Shown: in pieces, positions 27,661-37,037 of the stretch
How the letters are laid out: every line of letters starts with the position of its first letter
Numbering within the stretch: the first letter of the stretch is position 1
Assembly (NCBI GenBank): GCA_029262415.1
Contig: JAJCZL010000068.1
Location: 2,372-66,371 of the forward strand
Length of the DNA stretch: 64,000 nt
Origin: Deltaproteobacteria bacterium
Lineage (GTDB): Bacteria; Desulfobacterota; Binatia; UBA1149; JAJCZL01
Direction: 5' to 3'
Program-made: the position numbers and the translations under genes
The notes under the pieces: model-generated
The model's input: only the letters and a program-made list of their open reading frames with translations
What the model was told of the DNA's origin: nothing
Database searches by the model: none

Positions 27661-29013
27661 TCAGAGACAGTTTGGATCGGCACCATCGGTCAAATTATCG
27701 CAGTCGTTGTCGATGCCGTCGGTGCACGTTGCGTCGCCGTTAGGTCCTTCGACACCGGGCGTGCCCGGTACGCAGATATTCGGTGTACCGGCAGTGCAGA
27801 CCGCAACCGTTACCTCGCACGCGCCGACGCCGCAGGTTTGGTCGCCGAGGTTCTCAACGGTGCAGCTGTCGCTGCAGCAGTCGCCTGCGGTGGTGTTGCC
27901 GTCGTCGCAGAACTCCGGGGTCTGGACGATTCCGTTACCGCACAACGGGACGTCGCCGACCAAGCCGTCGGAGATGTCGTCCATTACCAATTGGAAGCAG
28001 CTCTTCAGGCACTTGCGGTCGAGCGCGCCCAAGCCGTCGATGCACACGTCGCACGGCGCCGTGACGTCGGGGACGATCAAACCAGTTGCGCCGTCGACCA
28101 TCTGGTCGCCGACACACTTGTCGATTTGGTCGAGCTTTTTCTTTGCGATGCCGGCCTGTGCGTCGCGGCAGATATCGGAATCGATGCCCTGAGCGACGCA
28201 CTTCTTGTCGGCCAGCTGCGAACGCTTCATGGTGTAATTGACCGCGGCCTTGCCGAAGCGCTTCTGGCACTTGGTCTGGTCTTTGAGGAGGTCCTGGTCA
28301 ACGTTCAGCCCGGTCGGCGGGTCGAGTTGCTGGTCGTTGCCGGCGTAGGCGAAGGCGACGATCGATTCGACGAAATCGCCGGGGTCGCAATCGAGCGGCT
28401 CGGGGCCGGCATCCTTGCACTTATCGGCCTTGATGTTGCCTTTCTTGAGCAGCAGGTCGTTGCACTTGGCGCGTTTTTTGGCCTGTTTCTTCACCCACTT
28501 GAAGCAGTCCTTGTCGAGACCCGCGATCGCCTTGGACTGACGAACGGTGATGTCTGAGACCACAAGGGTCGCGCTGGTGTTGACGTCGTCGACCGGCACG
28601 AACACCGTCGCCGCGCCGCGCGCGCTAACGCTGACGCCGTCAGAGCCGTTCGCGGTCACGGTTACGATGCATTCCCCGTCCGGAATGTTCGGACCGCCGC
28701 GCTCGACCAGCATGACTGAACTGACCTGTCCGGTATCTGGATAGGCGCCGGTGACATCGGCGTTGTCGGAAGTGGTCGAGGAGATCGAGCACTTCACGCC
28801 GTTGCCGGTCGCTTCGGTGCTGGTTTTAACGTCGACGACGATGTCTTGCAGGTTGATTCCCGCGATCGGCGCGTCGAACACCACCTGCCCTTGGTAGGAG
28901 ACCGTCCCGTTGTAGTCGACGGCGTGCGCAAGGGGTGCCGCAAAGCAGTACCCCAATACGCCCGCGTAAATGGCGGTTCTTACGGCGACGCCCCTCACCG
29001 TACCGGCCGTCAT
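27661..29013 (-). CDS. Secreted cysteine-rich protein with DUF4215/Myxococcus Cys-repeat and MopE-like metal-binding motif
   Basis: Signal peptide ending AHA; CGNGIV...EFCDDGNTTAGDCCSDSC; CTDGIDNDCDNLTD; TAATG coupling to the upstream gene. Confidence 0.8.
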   Translation of the reverse strand: MTAGTVRGVAVRTAIYAGVLGYCFAAPLAHAVDYNGTVSYQGQVVFDAPIAGINLQDIVVDVKTSTEATGNGVKCSISSTTSDNADVTGAYPDTGQVSSVMLVERGGPNIPDGECIVTVTANGSDGVSVSARGAATVFVPVDDVNTSATLVVSDITVRQSKAIAGLDKDCFKWVKKQAKKRAKCNDLLLKKGNIKADKCKDAGPEPLDCDPGDFVESIVAFAYAGNDQQLDPPTGLNVDQDLLKDQTKCQKRFGKAAVNYTMKRSQLADKKCVAQGIDSDICRDAQAGIAKKKLDQIDKCVGDQMVDGATGLIVPDVTAPCDVCIDGLGALDRKCLKSCFQLVMDDISDGLVGDVPLCGNGIVQTPEFCDDGNTTAGDCCSDSCTVENLGDQTCGVGACEVTVAVCTAGTPNICVPGTPGVEGPNGDATCTDGIDNDCDNLTDGADPNCL

Positions 29014-29651
29014 TACGGCAACGTCGTCGGAGGCGTAAGGTCTACGCCCGCACATCCGGAGTAACAGAACACTGCATCATCTTCACAGAACTGCGCAGTG
29101 GTGTTGGCGATGCGCCGGCACTCCTTGAAGCAGTTCTTTCGCTCACCGCCGGTCGCGCAGGCGCGCTTGCAGCCTTTCTCGTCGCGCTTGGCTGCGGCCG
29201 TGCAGTCGTGCTCTTGCTTGGTGCACCCTCTTACGCACAAGCCGTCGATCGGGTCTATGCACTGGTCGTCGCAGGTGGTACGCGCAACCGTGCACAGCGC
29301 GCGCAGGTCGTTGCGTGCTGTTTTTGCGTCGTCGCGGCACGTGTCGCGTCCGGTGTCGCAGTTAGCGTCGCAGTTCACGCAGTCGTCGAGGCACTGCAGG
29401 TCCCCTGCGGCGCAGTCGGCCTCGCAGGTTGCGGCGTTGGCCGTACAATCGTTGTGACAGATCGTTTCTTGCTGGTCGCAAACGACCCTTTGGGCTTTCC
29501 ATGCGCCTTTGGCGCTGTGTTGGCAGGCGCGGCGAATCTGGTTGCACACGCTGCGGCAGGTCACCGCGTCGGCTGGGGCCGCCGCGAGTAGGCCGATGCC
29601 GGAGAAGAGAAATGCGGCGAGAAGGCCGGTGACGATAGTCTTACTCTTCAT
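29013..29651 (-). CDS. Secreted cysteine-rich protein (26 Cys), paralog of 26791-27453
   Basis: GGAG RBS, signal peptide ending ADA, same Cys spacing as the paralog, PTTLP end. Confidence 0.8.
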   Translation of the reverse strand: MKSKTIVTGLLAAFLFSGIGLLAAAPADAVTCRSVCNQIRRACQHSAKGAWKAQRVVCDQQETICHNDCTANAATCEADCAAGDLQCLDDCVNCDANCDTGRDTCRDDAKTARNDLRALCTVARTTCDDQCIDPIDGLCVRGCTKQEHDCTAAAKRDEKGCKRACATGGERKNCFKECRRIANTTAQFCEDDAVFCYSGCAGVDLTPPTTLP

Positions 29652-29813
29652 TATTATAGCTCCCTATGTAACGCGTAAATCTACTCCACTCTCTTCTGTC
29701 TTGTCCACCCATTTGGACGGGTTTCCCCGCTAAAGCGGGAGAGCAGACTATGGTCCTAACCCGAATGGGGGCATCGTTGAGCGGCGCATCCCCAAAGGCT
29801 AGGAGTAGTCGCA

Positions 29814-30835
29814 ATGAACGCACCCGATCTCTCTCACCTCGGCGACGAGCGGATCTTCGTCGATCCGACGCTTTACGCAGACTAAGAAGCCTGGCACGCC
29901 GCCACGACGTCTTTCACGACACCTTGAGGGCGGTGTGGATGCCGATCGAGTCCTACCAGAAGCGCACCGAAATGGGGCTGGATCTTCGCTCGCTGGTTCA
30001 GGTTGACGGCAAAGAGCACCGCGACCTGCGCGCGCTCACCAACGAATGGTTCAAACCGGCCAACCTGCGCAAGCGCACTGAAGCCGCGCTGCCCGTGCTG
30101 GCGCGCAAATTTGTCGACCGCATGAAAGACATGGGCGGTGCGTGCGACTTCGCGCGCGACATTGCGCTTTTTTATCCTCTGCACGTCATCATGGGGATCC
30201 TCGGCGTACCCGAACAAGACGAGCCTTACATGCTCGAGATCACGCAGAATCTTTTCGGATCCGAGGATCCCGATCTGAGCGGCGTCTCGTTCACCGATCC
30301 TGCGTTCTTCACCGAGTTAATGAAGATGGCCCAGTACTTTCAAGGCATCACCGATGAGCGTCGGGCCCACCCGACGCTCGACGTTGCCTCGACGCTCGCC
30401 AACGGACAGATCGACGGGCAACCACTGAGCGATATCCAGGCGATGGGATACTACGCGATCATCGCCACCGCCGGCCACGACACCACTTCGAGTTCGCTCG
30501 CAGGCGGCCTGGAGGCGCTCATCCGGCGTCCCGCCGTGATGCAGGAACTCATCGACGACCCCTCGCTGATCCCCAACGCGGTTGAGGAGATCGTCCGCTG
30601 GGTAACGCCGGCGCGGCACTTTCGGCGCGAGGCACAAGAGGACACCGAAGTTAACGGCGCCCGCTTCAAGAAAGGCGAGTACGTGTTTCTTTTCCATTTG
30701 TCTGCGAATCGAGACGAGACCGTGTTCGAAAACCCGATGGAGTTCGACATTCACCGCCCAATGCGCGTGAGCATCTCGCGTTGGGAATCGGCGTACACTT
30801 TTGCCTCGGCGCACACCTTGCGCTGAGGGAAACGA
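29814..30835 (+). pseudogene. Cytochrome P450 pseudogene
   Basis: AGGAG plus ATG 29814, in-frame TAA at 29883; I-helix AGHDTT and EEIVR in a second frame; heme motif LGIGVHFCLG at 30781 is out of frame with that ORF and followed by truncation. Confidence 0.85.
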
Positions 30836-31030
30836 GCCCCGACTCCGTTTCCGTAGATACCTGGGATTCACGGTCGGGCTATCGCGACTGCAACAATCAC
30901 GGCCCGGCGGCCTGTTTGCGCCGGACCCGGCGGGTGCGCTAGGCTGGCCCAGCGCTCAGGACAATTGAAGTATCAAGACCGCGACGGCTGGGCCGCGCTA
31001 TGCGACCGGCCCTGTTGCACCCTGCCGCCG

Positions 31031-31092
31031 AGAGGTGGGCAAGAGGTGGCAAGACGTGAGCAAGAGGTGAGCAAGAGGTGAGCAAGATGGGC
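31031..31092 (+). repeat. Five tandem ~11-bp units (AGAGGTGAGCA consensus) abutting the start codon
   Basis: agaggtgggca agaggtggca agacgtgagca agaggtgagca agaggtgagca agATG. Confidence 0.85.
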
Positions 31093-32868
31093 ACTTCGAC
31101 CATAACCCTTACACATGTGCAGCGAACCTTCGCATTGGTGGCTGTATACCTCGTTGTTTCGCTAAGCCTCGCCAAACCCGTGAGCGCGCAGAATCCTTGC
31201 CAAGTCGCCGACAACGGCAGCGGGACGGTGTCTTTGCCGCCGGCAGGTTGTCAGTACCTAAGCCCCAGCGAGGTCCACATGATCATCGCCGGGCTTCCGC
31301 CCGGCACCACCATCGAACTGTCACCGATCCACAAGACCTTCATCAATGCTGCGGCCGGCGCGGGCGGTACGCTCGGCGGTGATATCGAGACCTTCGACTC
31401 CACGCTCGAATTCGGAATGATCGGGACCGGCGCCCTGTCGGGGTTCTCACGTTTGCTGCAAATTCCGGTGGCGGTAGAGACGCATACGGCTCCACGCTTG
31501 CCGAACGATCCCATTCAGAGCTTTGACACCGAGATCTTTCGCATCTCAGGTGAACTGTTCGGCGACCCGGACTTTTGTACCCTGCGAGTGACCGCGGGTG
31601 CGGGCAACGCCTTGCCGAGCCCGGGGCGCACCACGCTGGTGCAGTTGCCGTCGGGCGACTTCAACGTCGACAGCTTTTTCGACATCAGCTACCAGATCGA
31701 GTTCGTCGGATGCCCGGGCAGCGTACTCGAGGGCTTCGCGGGAACGACCTCCGATACGATCAAGATGCGTACCGGTGAGCCGGTGTTGCCCACGTGCACT
31801 GTCATCGACAACGGTAGCGGGACGGTCGATCTGCCGCCCCCGGGTTGTGGATACGTCTCGCCGAGCGATTTGCACCTGATGATCGACGGCTTACCGCCGG
31901 GCACAGAGATCCGCGTAAGCCCGGTACACAAGGGCTTCTTCGTGAACGCGCAAGGACCCGGCGGCAATCTTGGGGGCGAATTCGAGCAGTTCGACTCGCA
32001 GCTCGAGATGGCTATGCAAGGCACCGGTGTCTTGGCAGGCTTCCAGAGGCTGATCTCGTTGCCGCTGGCGGGCGAATCGCACATCGGACCCCGCACGCCG
32101 GGCGACCCCGTACAGACTTTCCCAAACGACATGTTCCAGCAGCAAGGACAGATCTTTGGCGATCCGGACTTCGCGCAGCTCCAAGTCAGCGCCGGAACCT
32201 CCTTAGGCCTGCCGAGCGGTGGTCAGACTACGTTGGCCCGGTTGCCCAGCGGAGAGTTTCAGGTGGATAGCTTCTTCGACATTTCCTACCAGATCGATTT
32301 CGTCGGCGCACCGGGAAGCGCGCTCGACGGATTCGCCGGCAGCACCCAGGGGACGGCGCGGATGCAGGCCGCCAACATCGAGCAGCCCGGCGCGTGTTGT
32401 GTGGAGTTTGGCTGCTTGGAAGAAGTCACCGAGCAGTGCTTCGCGATTGGCGGTCAGCCACAGGGCAGCGGAAGCACATGCGGCGGAATCATTTTCCGTG
32501 GCCTGCCCGGTGGATCGATTTGCACGCCCCCTCCGACCACCACAAGCACGACGACGAGCACCACAACGAGTACGACGACGACCACGACGACAAGTACGAC
32601 TACAAGTACCACGACGGGTCCGACGACAACCACGACCCTGCCGAGCAGCTGCAACTGCGGTGACCCGGTTATGCCGGGGGGAGCATTTTTGCGCGCCGTG
32701 ACCTCCACCGATGCGCTGTTCACGCTTCAAGCGGGCGTCGGAGCACAGGTATGTGCGGCGTGTACCTGCGACGTCAACAACTCCGGAGCGGTCAACGCGA
32801 CCGATGCGCTGATTGTTCTGCAGTCCGCGGTCGGCCAACCCGTAGTGCTTAACTGTCCCGTCCTCTAG
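31087..32868 (+). CDS. Secreted protein with two ~195-aa DNGSGTV.LPP/VDSFFDI repeats, Thr-rich linker and dockerin-like C-terminus
   Basis: Signal peptide ending VSA-Q; duplicated CxVxDNGSGTVxLPPxGCxYxSP...VDSFFDISYQI; CGDPV...TDAL..LQAGVG..CDVNNSGAVNATDAL. Confidence 0.8.
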   Translation: MGTSTITLTHVQRTFALVAVYLVVSLSLAKPVSAQNPCQVADNGSGTVSLPPAGCQYLSPSEVHMIIAGLPPGTTIELSPIHKTFINAAAGAGGTLGGDIETFDSTLEFGMIGTGALSGFSRLLQIPVAVETHTAPRLPNDPIQSFDTEIFRISGELFGDPDFCTLRVTAGAGNALPSPGRTTLVQLPSGDFNVDSFFDISYQIEFVGCPGSVLEGFAGTTSDTIKMRTGEPVLPTCTVIDNGSGTVDLPPPGCGYVSPSDLHLMIDGLPPGTEIRVSPVHKGFFVNAQGPGGNLGGEFEQFDSQLEMAMQGTGVLAGFQRLISLPLAGESHIGPRTPGDPVQTFPNDMFQQQGQIFGDPDFAQLQVSAGTSLGLPSGGQTTLARLPSGEFQVDSFFDISYQIDFVGAPGSALDGFAGSTQGTARMQAANIEQPGACCVEFGCLEEVTEQCFAIGGQPQGSGSTCGGIIFRGLPGGSICTPPPTTTSTTTSTTTSTTTTTTTSTTTSTTTGPTTTTTLPSSCNCGDPVMPGGAFLRAVTSTDALFTLQAGVGAQVCAACTCDVNNSGAVNATDALIVLQSAVGQPVVLNCPVL

Positions 32869-35800
32869 ATGACCGGACTCCTCACGCGGGTTGCGCTCGA
32901 CTCTCCGCGCGCGGCCGTGGCAATAGGGGTCTTGATCACCGCGGTATTCGCAACGGGAATCGCGGATCTCGAGCTTCGCACCGGCGGCGATATCCTGCGG
33001 CCCGAGGGGCATCCTTTCGTCGTTCAAAGCGGCGACGACAACCTGCGCTTTCGCGAGCCGCGCCAGGCGATTGTCGTGGTGTCCTCGCGCAAGGGCGGCC
33101 CCGCAGTGGCTTCGCCTCAGGGGTTTCGGTTTCTCAAGCGCATCGACAGCGAACTCAGAACGCTGCCCGCGGTACGCGCGGCCGGGGTACTTTCGCTTGC
33201 GCGACTCGCACGCCCGGTCCGCGAAGACGGATACTTTGGCCTACGCCGCCGCCTCGATCAGGTTCCCGACGACCCCGTTCGCTTCGCAGCACTGCTCGCC
33301 GAGCTTCGCAGCCAACCTCGTACCGACGGACTGCTGCTGGCGAGTGACGGCCGCCTCGCGGCGGTGTACGTCCCACTGAGCGAGGATCGCTCGGTCGGCG
33401 AGGCTATAGGCGAATTGCAGGCCTGGGCGTCGCAATCCATCAACGCACCTTTCGCAGTTCAACTCACCGGCCCGGAGACCGCCGAGGCGACACTCGGGAT
33501 CATGGTGCTGCGCGACCTCGCAGTACTAGTGCCGGTGATGCTCGCGGTGATCGTGACGGTGCTGTTCGTGGTTTTCCGCAATCCGGGCGGAGTGCTGATT
33601 CCAATGATCGAGTCGCTCGTAGTCTTGCTGTGGACGCTGGGAGCGATGGGCTGGCTCGGAGTGCCCGTGACACTTGTCACGACGATTCTACCGGTGGTGT
33701 TGATGACGATGGCGATCACCGATGAAATCCACCTGCTCGAACGCGTCGAGGCCCACCGTGAACAGACCTCCAGCGGTTCGATGAGGGAGGCGGTCGAACT
33801 TTCGCTCGACGAAGTCGGCGCTCCAATTGTATTGACCTCAATCACTACCGCCCTCGCCTTCGCATCCTTCCTTAGCGCCGATATGGCGCCGGTGCGGCAG
33901 TTCGGCGTATTCACCGCATTCGGCATCCTCGCAGCGATGTCCCTTACCTTTGTCTGGATCGCGCCGTTGATCGTGCTGCTCCCCGAGTCGTGGTTTCGCC
34001 GACGCGCGCGCCGGCGATGGCTGGCGGCCGGCGTCGGCCTGGGGCGCTGGGCGGCGCGCCGTCCGAATCTAGCGCTCGCAGTCGGCGCGCTCGCTGTCAC
34101 CGCCGCAGCCGGCGGCCTTCCTGCGCTTCAGGTCCAAGATTCATGGATCGCCAACTTCGCCCCCTCCGACCGGCTGGTCGAGGCCGAGACACGCTACAAC
34201 CAGTCGTTCTGGGGGTCTTACCGCTTCGACATCACCGTGCAGGGGCCGCGCGAGTTGTTCTACAGCCCGGACGGCGCGGCGCTGGTGGAACAAATAGAAG
34301 AGTTAGCCGAGAAAGCCCCGCACACTCAGGCCGCTCTGAGTCACTTGGCGACCCTGCGTGAGATTGCCGAGGCGCTCGGACTGTCAACACACATTTCGTC
34401 GCTTACCGCGCTCGAAGTCGCCGATCTGGCCACGCTTGCAGAGATGGCCGAGGGGCGTTCGCGGTTGCGCGAGTTCATCACCGAAAGCGATGACGCGGTA
34501 CGCGTTCGCCTTTTCATGCGCGATGCCGACTATCGGCGCGCCGATGAGTTGCGTGGCTACCTCGACCGGCATCTCCCGCAACTGCTGCACGGGTTTGAAG
34601 TCGACTATCACTACAGCGGCGACCTGCCGGCCGCGCTCGCGACCGTCCACGCGATTGTCGGCAACCAGGTAAGCTCGGTCGCTTGGGCTCTGCTTACCGT
34701 CGGCGCGGTGCTTCTGGTGATGACCCGCCCGGGTGGGATGCTGTTGTGCTTGGTGCCCGTCGCCGTCGGAGTCGTGGTCGTACTCGGCGCTATGGGGTAC
34801 GCGCGGATTCCACTCGGTATCGCCACCAGTATGTTCGCCGGCCTGACAGTCGGCGTCGGCGTCGACTTCGGCATTCATCTGCTGCATCGCTACCGTCTAG
34901 AGCGCAGCAGAGGCCGCTCGCCTGACCGAGCTGTGGAGGCCGCCGTCGAAACGGCGGGGACAGCCATCGGGTGGGACGCTTTGGTGCTCGCGGCCGGTTT
35001 CTTGGTTCTCATGTTTTCCGCCGTGCGTCCCAACCACAGTCTCGGCGTGTTGCTTGCGGCGGCGATGGCGGCGTGTTCTGCAGGTGCCATGCTGTTCTCA
35101 CCGCGCTTACTCCGTTGGCTCGCGGCCCTCGCTTTGGTCTTTCCGTTGATTGCACCCCCCAACACCACCGCTGCCGAACCGTCGGCCACGACGGCGACCG
35201 AGGCGTGCAAGCGTCCCGAAAACGCCGAAGCTGCAGCGATAATTGCTGAACTAGAGCAGCGCTTCCGCAGCCGTCCGTTGATCACGCGGATGCAGATCGG
35301 AACGGTCTATGGGGAAAAGCACCCACTGCACGCACACTTCAAGGAGGAGCCCTACGAGAAGACTCTGTGGGGGGTCTTCGACGGCGACTCCTCGGTCACG
35401 CGCCTGCTTTACGTATTCTCTGCGCCGGGCCGCTTAGCCGGGACCACGCTACTCATTCACGATTTCGCCGAACCGGCCAGAACCGACGGGATCTGGATCT
35501 ACCTGCGCTCGTTTGAAACCTTTACCAAGCTCGACGCCCGCTCCGAGCGGACCATGGTGCCGGGAACCGCCCTTACCTACGAAGACTCGCGCGGCTTCAT
35601 ACCGCGCGACAAGTACCGTTTCACGTTTACCGAACTCGACGGCATCAAGCCGCGTGAGCACGAGAAACTCGTCTTGGGTTGCCCCGCGAGCGAGCGAATC
35701 CGTGAGAATCTCGGGTATGGATCGGTGGTGGTGCTCATAGATACGCATCTAGGGCTGGTTCGAACGATCGTCTACCGTGACCTCGGCGGCAAGACATTGA

Positions 35801-36111
35801 AGCGTTACGATGTTGTTGCCACCAGCAAACTTGGCGACGAAACGCTGGCTGCCGCGGTACGCATGGAACACCTCACCGATGGGTTCGCCACCACGCTCGA
35901 CTACCGGTACTGGCGGCCGAGCTCCCCGCCCCCGGCTGCGATCTACGATGCGGAAATAGGCAAAGAGAAGTTCTTACCGCGTCTGCAACGGTTGCTCGGC
36001 GACGGCGAGGCGGGTGGACGCCTGCGCAAGGAGATCGAAGCCGCCGACAAAAGCGTGGCCGAATACGAGAAGCGCGAGCGAGAGCGCGCGGTCAAGACCG
36101 AGAGGCCGTGA
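32869..36111 (+). CDS. MMPL/RND family transporter fused to a C-terminal LolA-like (outer-membrane lipoprotein-sorting) domain
   Basis: Two RND halves (ITDEIHLLER; GVGVDFGIHLLHRY), then AGTTLLIHD...DGIWIYL...GTALTYED LolA-like motif. Confidence 0.8.
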   Translation: MTGLLTRVALDSPRAAVAIGVLITAVFATGIADLELRTGGDILRPEGHPFVVQSGDDNLRFREPRQAIVVVSSRKGGPAVASPQGFRFLKRIDSELRTLPAVRAAGVLSLARLARPVREDGYFGLRRRLDQVPDDPVRFAALLAELRSQPRTDGLLLASDGRLAAVYVPLSEDRSVGEAIGELQAWASQSINAPFAVQLTGPETAEATLGIMVLRDLAVLVPVMLAVIVTVLFVVFRNPGGVLIPMIESLVVLLWTLGAMGWLGVPVTLVTTILPVVLMTMAITDEIHLLERVEAHREQTSSGSMREAVELSLDEVGAPIVLTSITTALAFASFLSADMAPVRQFGVFTAFGILAAMSLTFVWIAPLIVLLPESWFRRRARRRWLAAGVGLGRWAARRPNLALAVGALAVTAAAGGLPALQVQDSWIANFAPSDRLVEAETRYNQSFWGSYRFDITVQGPRELFYSPDGAALVEQIEELAEKAPHTQAALSHLATLREIAEALGLSTHISSLTALEVADLATLAEMAEGRSRLREFITESDDAVRVRLFMRDADYRRADELRGYLDRHLPQLLHGFEVDYHYSGDLPAALATVHAIVGNQVSSVAWALLTVGAVLLVMTRPGGMLLCLVPVAVGVVVVLGAMGYARIPLGIATSMFAGLTVGVGVDFGIHLLHRYRLERSRGRSPDRAVEAAVETAGTAIGWDALVLAAGFLVLMFSAVRPNHSLGVLLAAAMAACSAGAMLFSPRLLRWLAALALVFPLIAPPNTTAAEPSATTATEACKRPENAEAAAIIAELEQRFRSRPLITRMQIGTVYGEKHPLHAHFKEEPYEKTLWGVFDGDSSVTRLLYVFSAPGRLAGTTLLIHDFAEPARTDGIWIYLRSFETFTKLDARSERTMVPGTALTYEDSRGFIPRDKYRFTFTELDGIKPREHEKLVLGCPASERIRENLGYGSVVVLIDTHLGLVRTIVYRDLGGKTLKRYDVVATSKLGDETLAAAVRMEHLTDGFATTLDYRYWRPSSPPPAAIYDAEIGKEKFLPRLQRLLGDGEAGGRLRKEIEAADKSVAEYEKRERERAVKTERP

Positions 36112-36139
36112 CCGCGCTAGGGTTACGAGTCGGAGCGGC

Positions 36140-36541
36140 CTAAGGGAGGTTGCCGATGTTTCGTTGTCTGAGCGCCGAGACTGTCGCGAGCGCGGTAAAA
36201 TCGCGGTCGTGGTGCAGCAGTTCCAAGTCGTGGCGAATTGCGCTGGCTGCGATCAGGCAATCGACCGAGCTGCGCACCGCGGCTCCGCCCCTGCGTGCTT
36301 GGCGGTAGAGGTCGGCGGCGTGCAAATAGAGCGATGCGTCGGCAGGTGAATCGACGGTCGGCATCGCCATGAACGCATCACGCGCGAGCCGAAAGGCACG
36401 CTCGTTGTCGAGCCCTTGCAGGGCCTCTTGAATAACGGGCAAGCAGGTTACCAACTCGTCGAAGTCGGCGAGTGCTTCGAGGTCGAGCGGGTTGTTGTTT
36501 CGAAACACATCGACCCATACCGAGGTGTCGACCAATGTCAC
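36140..36541 (-). CDS. vapC: VapC PIN-domain toxin
   Basis: GTG-TLVDTSVWV, VIQEALQG, SSVDCLIAASA, LHHDRDF. Confidence 0.85.
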   Translation of the reverse strand: MTLVDTSVWVDVFRNNNPLDLEALADFDELVTCLPVIQEALQGLDNERAFRLARDAFMAMPTVDSPADASLYLHAADLYRQARRGGAAVRSSVDCLIAASAIRHDLELLHHDRDFTALATVSALRQRNIGNLP

Positions 36542-36636
36542 TTCTTGCCTTTCCTGTAGACCGCCCGGTCTTTGCGCATTTCGGAAAGATCGCCTTGCCA
36601 GGCGCCCGATCCGCGCAGTTCGAGGATGCGTCTCGC
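36538..36636 (-). pseudogene. 3' fragment of VapB antitoxin
   Basis: ARRILELRGSGAWQGDLSEMRKDR ends in a GTGA overlap with vapC and resembles the tail of the intact VapB at 57557 (LRGSGWEGDLEQMR); N-terminal DNA-binding half absent. Confidence 0.65.
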
Positions 36637-36742
36637 CGATGGCCGCGAAAGCCATAACACCGAAAGCATTGAGCGGGCTAGGTCGACGCGGCTAGGGCCC
36701 TCACCGTGCCGCCCGCTGGGGCGGTCTCAAGATCGGGCTTGT

Positions 36743-36774
36743 TGTGTCTACATTTGAAGAGTAATGTAGACACA
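36743..36774 (+). promoter_or_regulatory. Palindromic TA operator
   Basis: TGTGTCTACATT-N8-AATGTAGACACA perfect 12-bp inverted repeat ending at the antitoxin ATG. Confidence 0.7.
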
Positions 36775-37037
36775 TGCAGGTCGGAGTGCGTGAATTGAAG
36801 CAGAAACTATCGAAGTACCTGGAGCGTGCCGCTGCAGGTGAGACGATCACCGTCACCGACCACGGGGTGCCCAAGGCCGTGCTCGGCCCGATGCCGGGCG
36901 TCGACCGAATTGCGCAGGGGATTGCCGAAGGGTGGATTACACCGGCCGAACAGCCGCCTGATCCTAAGCGCAAATGGAGTCCGTCGAAATCCCAGCGTCG
37001 GATCCAAGATGTACTGGACGAGGATCGGGGGGATTGA
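36774..37037 (+). CDS. Phd/YefM family antitoxin
   Basis: VGVRELKQKLSKYLERAAAGETITVTDHGVPKA. Confidence 0.9.
   Translation: MQVGVRELKQKLSKYLERAAAGETITVTDHGVPKAVLGPMPGVDRIAQGIAEGWITPAEQPPDPKRKWSPSKSQRRIQDVLDEDRGD

Noticed and set aside
29690..29800. Riboswitch in the divergent region before the Cys-rich operon
   Set aside because: Only short hairpins (CCCGCTAAAGCGGG); no recognisable aptamer consensus
29750..30826. Functional P450 or programmed frameshift
   Set aside because: Several independent lesions plus 3' truncation; no slippery site explains them
32536..32640. ACN-rich tandem repeat as VNTR or array
   Set aside because: Simply encodes the Thr/Ser linker of the secreted protein
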